From Burkholderiaceae bacterium (GTDB lineage: Bacteria; Pseudomonadota; Gammaproteobacteria; Burkholderiales; Burkholderiaceae), in the NCBI GenBank assembly GCA_049291875.1, contig JBATQE010000037.1, forward strand, positions 7,384-71,383: a stretch of DNA of 64,000 nt, in the 5' to 3' direction. The notes below the pieces were generated by a model. It made no database searches, was not told the origin of the DNA, and saw only the letters and a list, made by a program, of their open reading frames with translations. The position numbers were made by a program, and so were the translations under genes. Of the stretch, positions 40,224 through 50,461 are shown piece by piece. Positions within the stretch are counted from its first letter, which is position 1; every line of letters begins with the position of its first letter.

Positions 40224-41207
40224 TTATTTGGTCAAACGATATTCGATGCGACGATTTTTCAGACGACCGGTTTCGGTGTCGTTGCTCGCCACCGGTACGG
40301 ATGAACCGTAGCCTTTGGCGCTGATCCATTCAGCCGGAACCTCTTGTTTGATCAAGAAATCACGCACTGCTTTGGCGCGCTGTTCGGATAGCTTTAGATT
40401 GTTGGCTTCGTTGCCCACATTGTCGGCGTGGCCGGAGACTTCAAAGGCAACTTTTTTATCCTTGAGCAAGACTGCGGCTTTTTTCAAGATCGCTTGATTT
40501 TCTGCCGGAATTTGGCTCGAACCGCTGGCAAAGTTGATGATCTGCATATTCATCGCGTTCAAAATCGCTTGGGCGTCGGAGTTGGCCGAGAGGTTATCCA
40601 TCGCGGAGAGCGCATTGCTGTTGGCGGTTTTGACATTGCTGGCAATGTCCAAAGCCTTGACGGTGGTGCCGTCGCCGACGAATTCGATCAGATTGTTTTT
40701 AAGTGAAATGGCGGTGCCGGAGAGCGTTAAGGTATCGCCGTTCGCAGTCAATTCAGCGCCGGGTAATTTGAAAAAGCCAAAAAAGCCTTTGAGGTGCTCC
40801 AGCCATTTGGCCGGTTTGATTTGCTCATTGACGGTGAGGTTGTTGGTGTAGTGACCATCGCCGAACGTTGCGCGCAATTCGTTGTCAATACTCATTTTGA
40901 TCGCTTCGCTCGGGACGCTGCCGCTGATCGTGAAGTGGTTTTGCGCATTGGATGCGGTTAAATTCATGGCGGCAAGCGCAACGGCGGTTTTGGGTTTTTC
41001 GGCAGGTGCAGAAGCGGGCGCGGAAGCTGGTGCGGCGGCTGGTTTGCCGCTTGGAATCGGTTGATTCAGAGTCGCTCCGCCGCTGAGTAATAGCCAAACC
41101 AGCAGGGCGCTAACCGCGGCTCCTGTGTATTGCGCAATCATTGGAATATCGCCGAGCAGGGTGTGTCGGGTGGATTTTTTGGTATTCGATGGGGTATTTT
41201 GGCTCAT
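40224..41207 (-). CDS. OmpA-family peptidoglycan-binding protein with N-terminal membrane anchor and Ala/Pro-rich linker
   Basis: C-terminal OmpA-like domain ('GHADNVGNEANNLKLSEQRAKAV', 'NRRIEY'), TM segment 'TGAAVSALLVWLLL' and linker 'PAAAPASAPASAPAEKP'. The ORF is open to 41294, but the start was chosen at 41207 (weak 'AAAGAG' RBS). Start is uncertain. Confidence 0.7.
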   Translation of the reverse strand: MSQNTPSNTKKSTRHTLLGDIPMIAQYTGAAVSALLVWLLLSGGATLNQPIPSGKPAAAPASAPASAPAEKPKTAVALAAMNLTASNAQNHFTISGSVPSEAIKMSIDNELRATFGDGHYTNNLTVNEQIKPAKWLEHLKGFFGFFKLPGAELTANGDTLTLSGTAISLKNNLIEFVGDGTTVKALDIASNVKTANSNALSAMDNLSANSDAQAILNAMNMQIINFASGSSQIPAENQAILKKAAVLLKDKKVAFEVSGHADNVGNEANNLKLSEQRAKAVRDFLIKQEVPAEWISAKGYGSSVPVASNDTETGRLKNRRIEYRLTK

Positions 41208-41561
41208 AGTTTCGACTCTTTGGGGTTGCTGAGTTAATGACGTTTCATTATTAGTGTAACCGATGTATGCTGTTTTTGGATGAAAATCTGCCATGCTGTG
41301 ATGTAACCCAGATTTATTTTTTTGATTTTAAGTCATATATAAGACACAAGAGTGAAAAAATCGGATAAACTCTCGTCCAATCAAGGCGAACTCAATGAAC
41401 AATCGGATCGTCGTCTGATTTTTGGTCAGTTTGATGTAGGGTATTTGATGCTAAAATACCATCGGTTCTCAATGATCATCCGCTGAGTGATTTATCCCAA
41501 GTGCACTCTGTTTCTCTGGTTTTATTGGGCTTTTTTATCGATATTTTCAAAGGAAGATACC

Positions 41562-44153
41562 ATGTTACAAGCATATCGTGAACACGTTGCCGAGCGCGCC
41601 GCGTTGGGCATTCCACCTCTCCCGCTCACTGCCAAGCAAACAGCGGATTTGATCGAATTGTTGAAAAACCCACCGGCAGGCGAAGAAGCGTTCTTGGTGG
41701 ACTTGTTGACCAACCGTGTGCCGGCAGGTGTGGACGATGCGGCTCGCGTGAAAGCGAGCTATTTGTCGGCGGTGGCGCATGGCGATGAAAAGTGCGCTTT
41801 GATTTCTGCGGAAAAAGCGACTGAATTGCTCGGTACGATGTTGGGTGGTTATAACGTTGCACCATTGGTTGATTTGTTAGACAACGCGGCGGTGGGCACG
41901 ATTGCTGCCGACGCATTGAAAAAAACCTTGTTGGTATTCGATCAATTCCACGACGTTAAAGAAAAAGCGGACAAAGGCAATGCGAACGCTAAAGCGGTAT
42001 TGCAAAGCTGGGCGGATGCCGAATGGTTCACTTCACGCCCTGAAGTGCCTGAAAGCCTGACCATCACGGTATTTAAAGTTGCAGGCGAAACCAATACCGA
42101 CGACTTGTCACCGGCGCCGGATGCATGGAGCCGTCCGGACATTCCACTGCATGCCTTGGCGATGCTGAAAAACAAACGTTCTGATGCGGCATTTGAACCG
42201 GAAGAAGATGGCAAACGCGGCCCGGTGAAATTCATCGAAGATTTGCGTGCCAAAGGCAATCTGGTTGCCTATGTAGGTGACGTAGTCGGTACAGGTTCTT
42301 CTCGTAAATCTGCGACCAACTCCGTTTTGTGGTTCACGGGCGAAGACGTACCATTCGTACCAAACAAACGTTTTGGCGGCGTGTGTTTGGGCAGCAAAAT
42401 CGCTCCGATTTTCTACAACACGATGGAAGACGCGGGTGCGTTGCCCATCGAGTTGGACGTATCCAATATGAATATGGGTGACGTGGTTGAACTGCGTCCC
42501 TACGATGGTAAAGCCCTGAAAAACGGTGAAGTCATCGCTGAATTCAAAGTGAAATCCGATGTATTGTTCGACGAAGTGCGCGCCGGTGGCCGTATTCCAT
42601 TGATCATTGGTCGTGGCTTGACTGCGAAAGCACGCGAAGCTTTGGGCTTGCCAGCATCCACTTTGTTCCGTTTACCAACCAATCCGGTGGACAGCGGCAA
42701 AGGCTTCTCTTTGGCGCAAAAAATGGTGGGTCGCGCATGTGGCTTGCCTGAAGGCCAAGGTGTTCGTCCGGGCACCTACTGCGAACCCAAAATGACCACG
42801 GTCGGTTCACAAGACACCACTGGTCCAATGACCCGTGACGAGTTGAAAGACTTGGCGTGCTTGGGCTTCTCAGCGGATATGGTGATGCAATCCTTCTGCC
42901 ACACAGCGGCCTATCCAAAACCAGTGGATGTGAAAATGCACCACGAACTGCCAGACTTCATCAGCACGCGCGGCGGTGTATCGCTGCGTCCGGGCGATGG
43001 CGTGATTCACTCATGGTTGAACCGTTTGTTGCTGCCTGACACAGTCGGTACCGGCGGTGACTCGCACACCCGTTTCCCAATCGGTATCTCATTCCCAGCA
43101 GGTTCCGGCTTGGTAGCGTTTGCCGCTGCGACTGGCGTGATGCCATTGGATATGCCTGAATCGGTATTGGTTCGTTTCAAAGGAAAGCTCAATCCGGGCG
43201 TGACCTTGCGTGATTTGGTCAATGCGATTCCGTTGTACGCGATCAAGCAAGGCTTGTTGACCGTAGAAAAACAAGGCAAGAAAAACATTTTCTCAGGTCG
43301 TATTTTGGAAATCGAAGGTTTGCCGGATCTGAAAGTGGAACAAGCGTTTGAATTGTCCGACGCATCCGCAGAGCGCTCTGCGGCTGGTTGTACCGTTCAT
43401 TTGAACAAAGAACCGATCATCGAGTACATGAATTCCAACATCACCATGATGAAATGGATGATTGCCGAAGGCTATCAAGATGCCCGCACTTTGGCGCGCC
43501 GCATCAAAGCGATGGAAGAATGGCTCAAAAATCCGCAATTGCTCAAAGGGGACGACGACGCGGAATACGCAGCGGTCATCGACATCGACTTGGCCGATAT
43601 TCACGAGCCAATTGTTGCCTGCCCGAACGATCCGGACGACGTGAAAACTCTGTCCGACGTGGCTGGCGCGAAAATCGACGAAGTATTTATCGGTTCGTGT
43701 ATGACCAACATCGGTCACTTCCGTGCCGCATCGAAATTGCTCGAAGGCAAACGCGATATCCCTGTGAAGTTGTGGATTGCGCCGCCGACCAAGATGGATG
43801 CGAAACAACTGACTGAAGAAGGCCACTACAACGTCCTCGGTACCGCAGGTGCGCGCATGGAAATGCCGGGCTGCTCATTGTGTATGGGTAACCAAGCACA
43901 AGTACGCGAAGGCGCGACGGTGATGTCTACTTCAACTCGTAACTTCCCGAATCGTTTGGGTAAAAACACCTTCGTTTACCTCGGCTCAGCTGAGTTGGCG
44001 GCGGTGTGCTCGAAACTGGGCAAAATCCCGACCCGCGAAGAGTATTTGGCTGAAACCGGCGTATTGGCGCCGGCGAGCAAAGATATTTACAAATATCTGA
44101 ACTTCGACCAAATCAGCGACTACACCGACGTGGCGAACGAAGTTAAAGCGTAA
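41562..44153 (+). CDS. acnB: Aconitate hydratase B (bifunctional aconitase 2 / 2-methylisocitrate dehydratase)
   Basis: Start '[22 protein letters not shown]' with 'AAGGAAGA' RBS. 863 aa with AcnB HEAT/swivel N-terminus and Fe-S cluster Cys motifs ('GSCMTNIGH', '[11 protein letters not shown]'). Confidence 0.95.
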   Translation: MLQAYREHVAERAALGIPPLPLTAKQTADLIELLKNPPAGEEAFLVDLLTNRVPAGVDDAARVKASYLSAVAHGDEKCALISAEKATELLGTMLGGYNVAPLVDLLDNAAVGTIAADALKKTLLVFDQFHDVKEKADKGNANAKAVLQSWADAEWFTSRPEVPESLTITVFKVAGETNTDDLSPAPDAWSRPDIPLHALAMLKNKRSDAAFEPEEDGKRGPVKFIEDLRAKGNLVAYVGDVVGTGSSRKSATNSVLWFTGEDVPFVPNKRFGGVCLGSKIAPIFYNTMEDAGALPIELDVSNMNMGDVVELRPYDGKALKNGEVIAEFKVKSDVLFDEVRAGGRIPLIIGRGLTAKAREALGLPASTLFRLPTNPVDSGKGFSLAQKMVGRACGLPEGQGVRPGTYCEPKMTTVGSQDTTGPMTRDELKDLACLGFSADMVMQSFCHTAAYPKPVDVKMHHELPDFISTRGGVSLRPGDGVIHSWLNRLLLPDTVGTGGDSHTRFPIGISFPAGSGLVAFAAATGVMPLDMPESVLVRFKGKLNPGVTLRDLVNAIPLYAIKQGLLTVEKQGKKNIFSGRILEIEGLPDLKVEQAFELSDASAERSAAGCTVHLNKEPIIEYMNSNITMMKWMIAEGYQDARTLARRIKAMEEWLKNPQLLKGDDDAEYAAVIDIDLADIHEPIVACPNDPDDVKTLSDVAGAKIDEVFIGSCMTNIGHFRAASKLLEGKRDIPVKLWIAPPTKMDAKQLTEEGHYNVLGTAGARMEMPGCSLCMGNQAQVREGATVMSTSTRNFPNRLGKNTFVYLGSAELAAVCSKLGKIPTREEYLAETGVLAPASKDIYKYLNFDQISDYTDVANEVKA

Positions 44154-44182
44154 TGGGTCAATCGGTAATAGCGTGTTAAAGA

Positions 44183-44208
44183 AAACGGCGAGCAGAAATG
44201 CTCGCCGT
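44183..44208 (+). repeat. 26-bp direct repeat, left copy (acnB terminator hairpin without U-tract)
   Basis: 'AAACGGCGAGCAGAAATGCTCGCCGT' is identical to nt 44401-44426. Confidence 0.9.
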
Positions 44209-44400
44209 CAGATTGCTGACAAACCCTCGGTCTTGCAATTTGTCGCAAAATCTAAGAAAAATTCCGTCATACCCGCGTAAGCGGGTATCCAGAATATTAA
44301 TAAAAACAATCAGTTAGAATCGCTATCTGGATTCCCGCTAAAATCATGCGGGAATGACGGAGCTTTGTTTAGGTGTATGTACCACTTTGTCAATAGCCTC
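44209..44400. mobile_element. 192-bp non-coding MITE / NIME-like insertion carrying dRS3-like inverted repeats
   Basis: Bounded by 26-bp identical direct repeats. Internal arms 'CCGTCATACCCGCGTAAGCGGGTATCCAGA' (44264-44293) and 'TCTGGATTCCCGCTAAAATCATGCGGGAATGACGG' (44326-44360) are inverted copies of each other. Imperfect terminal inverted repeats 'TTGCTGACAAA' / 'TTTGTCAATAG'. No ORF. Confidence 0.65.
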
Positions 44401-44431
44401 AAACGGCGAGCAGAAATGCTCGCCGTTTTTA
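44401..44431 (+). terminator. Rho-independent terminator (right copy of the 26-bp repeat, with intact U-tract)
   Basis: 'ACGGCGAGC-AGAAAT-GCTCGCCGT' followed by 'TTTTATT'. Confidence 0.75.
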
Positions 44432-44617
44432 TTATTGGCGTCATCAGTCGTGAACGCTTGCATACACGGTTGATTTGCGACAAACTGGATGCATCATCCT
44501 TGTGCTTAAAATATACTCTATGATAGTATTTGTTTAAATAAAAATTCGTATCAACGGGCGTACGTTTGTATTTTATTTACACCTCATATGTTTGTACGCC
44601 ACACAAAAGGAGACCCA

Positions 44618-45073
44618 ATGGATGCGCATCAACAACAGGTGGTTGGCGCGGCGTTAGCGGCGCATGAGGGCGTAGCAGGCGCGTTGCTGCCGATTCTGCA
44701 TCAGGTTCAAGCCCGCTTGGGTTTCATTCCGACCACGGCGGTACCGCAGATCGCGCGCGCGTTGAATTTATCCACGGCGCAGGTACACGGCGTGCTGTCG
44801 TTTTACCATTTTTTTCGCACCGAGCCGTTGGCTTCCAAACATCATATTCAACTCTGTGTCGCTGAGGCGTGCCAAGCGCGTGGCGCGCTGAATTTGAAGA
44901 CGCAATGCGATCATTTGGCCAAGTCCTTGGGTGAGGGAAAGTTAAGCGTCGAACCGATTTACTGCCTCGGCCAATGTGCTACGGGGCCTGCGGCGCTGCT
45001 CGATGGGCGGCTCAAGGCACGTTTAACGATCGAGCGGGTACAGGCTTGCTTGGATGTGGAGGCGTCATCATGA
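44618..45073 (+). CDS. fdsG: NAD-dependent formate dehydrogenase gamma subunit (NuoE-like 2Fe-2S)
   Basis: Start 'MDAHQQQ' preceded by 'AAAGGAGA'. Cys motifs 'CVAEACQ' and 'CLGQCATGPA'. Stop overlaps the fdsB start (ATGA). Confidence 0.8.
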   Translation: MDAHQQQVVGAALAAHEGVAGALLPILHQVQARLGFIPTTAVPQIARALNLSTAQVHGVLSFYHFFRTEPLASKHHIQLCVAEACQARGALNLKTQCDHLAKSLGEGKLSVEPIYCLGQCATGPAALLDGRLKARLTIERVQACLDVEASS

Positions 45074-46635
45074 AAACCGTTTATATTCCGATGGATTCCG
45101 CGGCTTTGGCTTTGGGGGCGGATGAGTTGGTCGCATCCTTGCAGGCGTGGGCATCCGCTCATGGGCAGGAGATTCGCATTGTGCGTAACGGTTCGCGCGG
45201 CATGCTCTGGCTGGAGCCGCTGATTGAGGTGGAAACCGAGCGCGGACGCGTGGGTTATGCCGGTGCATCGGTGGATACCTTGCCCCAATGGCTGGCGGCG
45301 GGTTTGCTCGACGGCGCGCCGTTGGACAGTTCGATTGGTGTGGTGCATGAGCATCCGTATTTGCGTGGGCAGGAGCGTTTGACCTTTGCGCGCATCGGTT
45401 TGACTGATCCGCTGAGTTTGGATGATTATGAGGCGCATGGCGGCTGGACGGGTTTGCGACGGGCTTTGAACATGGATTCGGCGGCGATGGTGCAAACGGT
45501 GCTGGATTCGGGTTTGCGCGGTCGCGGCGGTGCGGCGTTTCCGGCGGGGATTAAATGGCAAACGGTGCTGGCGCAGAATGCGGAGCAAAAGTATGTGGTG
45601 TGCAATGCCGATGAGGGCGACTCGGGCACGTTTTCCGACCGTTTGCTGATGGAGTCTGATCCGTACACCTTGATTGAGGGGATGGTGATTGCGGGTTTGG
45701 CGGTACAGGCGACGCAGGGCTTTATTTATGTGCGTGCCGAATACCCGCATTCGATTGCGGTATTGCAAACGGCGATTGAGCGGGCGCAAGCGGTGGGCTG
45801 GTTGGGCGAACGCATACAGGGTTCAGAGCAGACGTTTCATTTGAACGTGCGCGAGGCGGCGGGTGCGTACATCTGCGGCGAGGAAACCGCCTTGCTGGAA
45901 AGCATTGAGGGCAAACGCGGCATCGTGCGCGCGAAACCGCCATTACCCGCGATAGAAGGGCTGTTTGGCCGGCCCACGGTGATTAATAATGCGATTACCT
46001 TGGCCAGCGTGCCGCTGATTTTTGCGAAGGGCGCTGCGTTTTACCGTGATTACGGTTTGGGGCGCTCGCTTGGAACCTTGCCGTTTCAGTTGGCGGGCAA
46101 TGTGCGTCAAGGTGGTTTGGTGGAAAAGGCCTTTGGCATTAGCTTGCGCCAATTGGTGATGGATTTTGGCGGCGGTACGGCTTCGGGACGCCCAATCAAG
46201 GCGATTCAGGTCGGCGGGCCGTTGGGCAGTTATGTTCCCGAAGCGCACTGGGACGTGCCGATGGACTACGAACAATACGCGCAAATGGGCGCGGTGATCG
46301 GGCACGGCGGTATTGTGGTGCATGACGATACCGCGAATATGCGTGATTTGGCGCGCTATGCCATGGAATTTTGCGCGATCGAATCATGCGGTAAATGCAC
46401 ACCGTGTCGCATCGGCTCGGTGCGTGGGGTTGAGGTGCTTGACCGTTTTGTCAGCGCTCCCGAACAGACCGATGAGCACGAGGCATTGCTGCGTGATTTA
46501 TGCGACACGATGGTGGGCGCCTCAATGTGCGCGATGGGCAGCATGACGCCGAATCCGGTACTGTCGGCGTTGAATTACTATCCCAACGATTTTCAAGTGA
46601 AACCGCATGAATCCGCGGTGAAAGGCACGGCATGA
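45070..46635 (+). CDS. fdsB: NAD-dependent formate dehydrogenase beta subunit (NuoF-like, FMN/NAD/4Fe-4S)
   Basis: 'GLRGRGGAAFPAGIKW', 'VCNADEGDSGTF' and 'ESCGKCTPCRIG'. Start at 45070 ('MKTVYIPMD') is coupled to the fdsG stop. Confidence 0.85.
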   Translation: MKTVYIPMDSAALALGADELVASLQAWASAHGQEIRIVRNGSRGMLWLEPLIEVETERGRVGYAGASVDTLPQWLAAGLLDGAPLDSSIGVVHEHPYLRGQERLTFARIGLTDPLSLDDYEAHGGWTGLRRALNMDSAAMVQTVLDSGLRGRGGAAFPAGIKWQTVLAQNAEQKYVVCNADEGDSGTFSDRLLMESDPYTLIEGMVIAGLAVQATQGFIYVRAEYPHSIAVLQTAIERAQAVGWLGERIQGSEQTFHLNVREAAGAYICGEETALLESIEGKRGIVRAKPPLPAIEGLFGRPTVINNAITLASVPLIFAKGAAFYRDYGLGRSLGTLPFQLAGNVRQGGLVEKAFGISLRQLVMDFGGGTASGRPIKAIQVGGPLGSYVPEAHWDVPMDYEQYAQMGAVIGHGGIVVHDDTANMRDLARYAMEFCAIESCGKCTPCRIGSVRGVEVLDRFVSAPEQTDEHEALLRDLCDTMVGASMCAMGSMTPNPVLSALNYYPNDFQVKPHESAVKGTA

Positions 46636-49520
46636 ATATCATAGCAATCGATCGTGGTACGCCTGAGCGCCACAGTGCCGAAATGGTCACATTGACCATT
46701 GATGGACAAAGCATCAGCGTGCCTGCGGGCACATCCATCATGCGTGCGGCTTCGTTACTCGATAACCAAATTCCGAAGCTGTGTGCGACCGACTCGCTGG
46801 AACCGTTTGGCTCGTGTTGCATGTGTTTGGTGGAAATCGCCGGACGGCGCGGTTATCCCGCCTCGTGTACCACGCCGGTGGAAGCGGGCATGCAGGTGAA
46901 AACGCAGAGCGAGGCGCTGCACAAACTGCGGCGCAATGTGATGGAGCTGTATATTTCCGACCATCCGCTCGACTGTTTGACCTGCGCGGCCAATGGCAAT
47001 TGCGAATTGCAAACGGTCGCCGGTATTACCGGCCTTCGCGAAGTGCGCTATGGCTTTGCAGGAGACAATCATTTTGATGCGGCGCACGCCGCGCCGAAAG
47101 ACGAATCCAATCCCTATTTCACCTACGATCCGTCCAAATGCATCGTGTGTAACCGCTGCGTGCGCGCGTGCGAGCAAACGCAGGGCACATTTGCCCTGAC
47201 GATCGACGGGCGCGGCTTTGCCTCACGGGTGACGGCGGGGCAAAAACAGGATTTTCTCGATTCGGATTGTGTCAGTTGCGGCGCGTGCGTGGATGCCTGT
47301 CCGACGGCCACTTTGACGGAAAAAAGCATTATCCAATGGGGTCAAGCCGAGCGCAGCGTCATCACCACCTGCGCTTACTGCGGCGTGGGCTGTAATTTCA
47401 AGGCCGAGATCAAAGGCGAGCAAGTGGTGCGCATGACGCCGTGGAAAGAGGGCAAGGCGAACGAAGGCCATGCCTGCGTCAAAGGGCGTTTTGCTTGGGG
47501 CTACGCTACACACCCAGACCGCGTGACTCAGCCGATGATCCGCGCGAGCATTCACGAACCGTGGCAAGAGGTTTCATGGGACACGGCGATTGCCTATGTG
47601 GTGGACAAATTCAGCGCGATTCAAGCGCAATACGGTAAAAATGCACTCGGTGGCATTACCTCCTCGCGTTGCACCAATGAGGAAACCTATTTGGTGCAAA
47701 AATTCATGCGCGCTGTGCTCGGTACGAACAACGTCGATACCTGCGCGCGCGTGTGCCATTCGCCGACCGGCTACGGTTTGGGTCAGGCGTTTGGCACATC
47801 GGCAGGGACGCAAACCTTCAAATCGGTTGAGCAGGCCGACGTCATTGTGGTCATTGGGGCGAATCCGACCGATGCGCATCCCGTGTTTGGCTCGCGCTTG
47901 AAAAAGCGTTTGCGCCAAGGTGCACGCCTGATCGTGATTGACCCGCGTGAAATTGAATTGGTTCAATCGCCGCAGATCAAGGCGGAACATCATATTCAAC
48001 TGCGACCGGGGACAAATGTCGCGGTGATCAATGCTTTGGCACACGTCATTGTGACCGAAGGCTTGTACGATCGCGCGTTTGTGGCACAGCGCTGTGACAC
48101 CGCATCGTTCGAGTTCTGGAAAAAATTCATCAGCCACGCGGACAATTCGCCCGAAGCCGTCGCGGACATCACGGGCGTGCCCGCCGACACCCTGCGCCAA
48201 GCCGCACGTTTGTACGCCACCGGTGGCAATGCGGCGATTTACTACGGGCTGGGTGTGACCGAACACGCGCAAGGCTCGACTGCGGTCATGGGTATTGCCA
48301 ATCTGGCCATGCTCACCGGCAATATTGGGCGCGAGGGCGTGGGCGTGAATCCCTTGCGCGGACAAAACAATGTGCAAGGCTCCTGCGATATGGGTTCGTT
48401 CCCACACGAGTTTCCGGGCTATCGCCATGTGTCCGATGACGCGGTGCGTGCGCAGTTTGAGGCAGAATGGGGTTGCGCGCTCGACGCACAGCCCGGTTTG
48501 CGTATTCCAAATATGTTTGACGCGGCTCTGGCGGGGCAGTTCAAAGGCATGTATTGCCAAGGCGAAGACATCGTTCAGTCCGATCCGAATACCCAGCACG
48601 TCACTGAGGCGCTGTCGCAGCTTGACTGCTTGGTGGTGCAGGATATTTTCCTCAATGAAACTGCCAAATATGCCCATGTGTTTTTACCGGGCAGCAGCTT
48701 TTTGGAAAAAGACGGCACGTTTACCAACGCCGAGCGGCGCATCAACCGCGTGCGCAAGATCATGACGCCGCTGGGTCAATACGCCGACTGGGAAGCGACG
48801 CAAAAACTCGCGCAGGCTTTTGGCTACCCGATGAATTACGCGCACCCGAGCGAAATCATGGATGAAATTGCGCGCCTGACGCCGACTTTTGCGGGCGTGA
48901 GCTATGCCAAACTCGATGAATACGGTAGCGTGCAATGGCCGTGCAACGACCGCACGCCCGTCACCGGCATGGACATCATGCACACGGAGACCTTCGCGCG
49001 CGGCTTGGGGCGGTTCTTGGTCACACAGTATGTACCGACCGACGAAAAAGTCACGCCGAAGTTCCCGCTGCTGCTCACCACCGGACGGATTTTGTCGCAA
49101 TACAACGTCGGCGCACAGACCCGTCGTACCGCCAACAGCGTTTGGCATGAGCAAGATTGGCTGGATATTCACCCCGAGGATGCGAAAGAGCGCGGCATTG
49201 CCAATGGTGACTGGGTGCGCGTGCACAGCCGCGCGGGGCAGACGTTGTTGCAGGCGAATGTGTCCGAGCGCGTCCAGCCGGGCGTGGTGTACACCACATT
49301 CCATTTCCCTGAATCCGGTGCGAACGTGGTTACGACCGATAATTCGGATTGGGCGACCAATTGTCCTGAATACAAAGTGACGGCGGTGCAAGTGCAGCGT
49401 GAGAACGATACGACCATGTGGCCTGCTGCATGGCCTGCCGCGAGACAGGAGTTCGAGGCGATGCAACAGCGTTTCTGGCAACAACGCCAACCCTTGTCCA
49501 AAAAGATGGCGAAATCATAA
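46632..49520 (+). CDS. fdsA: NAD-dependent formate dehydrogenase alpha subunit (molybdopterin, NuoG-like N-terminus)
   Basis: 962 aa. N-terminal 2Fe-2S/4Fe-4S Cys clusters ('CIVCNRCVRAC', 'CVSCGACVDACP', 'CAYCGVGC'). Mo-bisPGD domain with a Cys ligand context, 'CARVCHSPT'. 4-nt overlap with fdsB. Confidence 0.9.
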   Translation: MNIIAIDRGTPERHSAEMVTLTIDGQSISVPAGTSIMRAASLLDNQIPKLCATDSLEPFGSCCMCLVEIAGRRGYPASCTTPVEAGMQVKTQSEALHKLRRNVMELYISDHPLDCLTCAANGNCELQTVAGITGLREVRYGFAGDNHFDAAHAAPKDESNPYFTYDPSKCIVCNRCVRACEQTQGTFALTIDGRGFASRVTAGQKQDFLDSDCVSCGACVDACPTATLTEKSIIQWGQAERSVITTCAYCGVGCNFKAEIKGEQVVRMTPWKEGKANEGHACVKGRFAWGYATHPDRVTQPMIRASIHEPWQEVSWDTAIAYVVDKFSAIQAQYGKNALGGITSSRCTNEETYLVQKFMRAVLGTNNVDTCARVCHSPTGYGLGQAFGTSAGTQTFKSVEQADVIVVIGANPTDAHPVFGSRLKKRLRQGARLIVIDPREIELVQSPQIKAEHHIQLRPGTNVAVINALAHVIVTEGLYDRAFVAQRCDTASFEFWKKFISHADNSPEAVADITGVPADTLRQAARLYATGGNAAIYYGLGVTEHAQGSTAVMGIANLAMLTGNIGREGVGVNPLRGQNNVQGSCDMGSFPHEFPGYRHVSDDAVRAQFEAEWGCALDAQPGLRIPNMFDAALAGQFKGMYCQGEDIVQSDPNTQHVTEALSQLDCLVVQDIFLNETAKYAHVFLPGSSFLEKDGTFTNAERRINRVRKIMTPLGQYADWEATQKLAQAFGYPMNYAHPSEIMDEIARLTPTFAGVSYAKLDEYGSVQWPCNDRTPVTGMDIMHTETFARGLGRFLVTQYVPTDEKVTPKFPLLLTTGRILSQYNVGAQTRRTANSVWHEQDWLDIHPEDAKERGIANGDWVRVHSRAGQTLLQANVSERVQPGVVYTTFHFPESGANVVTTDNSDWATNCPEYKVTAVQVQRENDTTMWPAAWPAARQEFEAMQQRFWQQRQPLSKKMAKS

Positions 49521-49549
49521 GTGAATGGCGACATAGCGAGTGCATCAAC

Positions 49550-50461
49550 ATGAGACAACAGAGCGATCATCATGAATACGATGGCAATGAATGCGCTGGC
49601 AAGGGATGCGCTGATGACGGAGCGCGTCAACTCGCCGACCGCGCCGTGGTCAAAGGCACGGTCAGACCGATTCGCGCGGGACAAGTGCAGGATGAACTGT
49701 CCGACGCATTGGCCTGCGAAGTACCCGTCGCGTTGGCAATCAACGGTATTTCGCATGCCGTGATGATGACCACGCCGAGCGATTTGGCCGAGTTTGCTTT
49801 GGGTTTTGCCTACACCGAAGGGCTGATTGAGCGACGCGCTGACGTGTATGACATTGACATTGAACCGCAGGATCATGGTGCGGCGATCATCGTGCGCATG
49901 ACCGTGAGCAGTGCCTGCTTTGCGCAGCTAAAAGCGGCGCGACGTACCTTGCTCGGGCGCACCGGTTGCGGTCTGTGCGGTGTGGATTCGCTGGCGTATT
50001 TTGAGCAGCAACCGGCCGCGAATCCGAACCGCGAGGCTTCGCGCTTGGACCTCGGGCTGCTGGATGCGGTGCTGGCGCGGTTTGAACGGCTGCAAATCAT
50101 GCGCAATCAGACAGGGACGACCCACGCCGCGGCGTGGGTGAATTGGCAAGGTGAGGTGATGCTGTTGCGCGAAGACGTCGGGCGGCACAATGCCTTGGAC
50201 AAACTCATCGGGGCGCTGCTTGACGGGGATGCTCATCCGAGCGACGGATTCGTGTTGGTCAGCAGTCGTGCGAGTTACGAAATGGTGCAAAAAACCTTGC
50301 GCTGGGGTGCAGGTTGTTTGGTTTCCGTGTCCGCCGCCACCGCCAAAGCGGTTGAGTGGGCGCACCAGCATCAATTGCAATTAATCGGTTTCGCTCGCCC
50401 CGGACGCGCGGTGCTGTACACGGACGTTTCACGCCAAGCGATTTTGAAAGAACTGATATGA
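49550..50461 (+). CDS. fdhD: Formate dehydrogenase accessory sulfurtransferase FdhD
   Basis: 'EVPVALAINGISHAVMMTTPSDLAEFALGFAYTEGLI', 'GRTGCGLCG' and 'EDVGRHNALDKLIG'. Start set at ATG 49550, since the longer ORF overlaps fdsA. Confidence 0.8.
   Translation: MRQQSDHHEYDGNECAGKGCADDGARQLADRAVVKGTVRPIRAGQVQDELSDALACEVPVALAINGISHAVMMTTPSDLAEFALGFAYTEGLIERRADVYDIDIEPQDHGAAIIVRMTVSSACFAQLKAARRTLLGRTGCGLCGVDSLAYFEQQPAANPNREASRLDLGLLDAVLARFERLQIMRNQTGTTHAAAWVNWQGEVMLLREDVGRHNALDKLIGALLDGDAHPSDGFVLVSSRASYEMVQKTLRWGAGCLVSVSAATAKAVEWAHQHQLQLIGFARPGRAVLYTDVSRQAILKELI

Noticed and set aside
41487-41561. 25-codon upstream extension of acnB, with similar extensions for lldD, yebC, htpX, purM, yaiI, yccU and fdsG
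   Set aside because: In each case the family-typical N-terminus begins at an internal start that has a better RBS. The extensions lack similarity to the family and often run into promoter-like AT-rich DNA.
46632-49520. Possible selenocysteine (in-frame TGA) in the formate dehydrogenase alpha subunit
   Set aside because: The ORF is continuous with no internal stop and a Cys sits at the expected ligand position ('CARVCHSPT'). No SECIS-like context is needed.
49418-49549. Longer fdhD ORF starting inside fdsA
   Set aside because: This part overlaps the fdsA 3' end by about 100 nt and shows no FdhD similarity. ATG 49550 gives a sensible 29-nt spacer.
44959-49876. Several long minus-strand ORFs (276, 367, 268 and 235 aa) across fdsB/fdsA/fdhD
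   Set aside because: All are antisense to well-supported formate dehydrogenase genes. Their translations are Arg/His/Gln-rich with no motifs.
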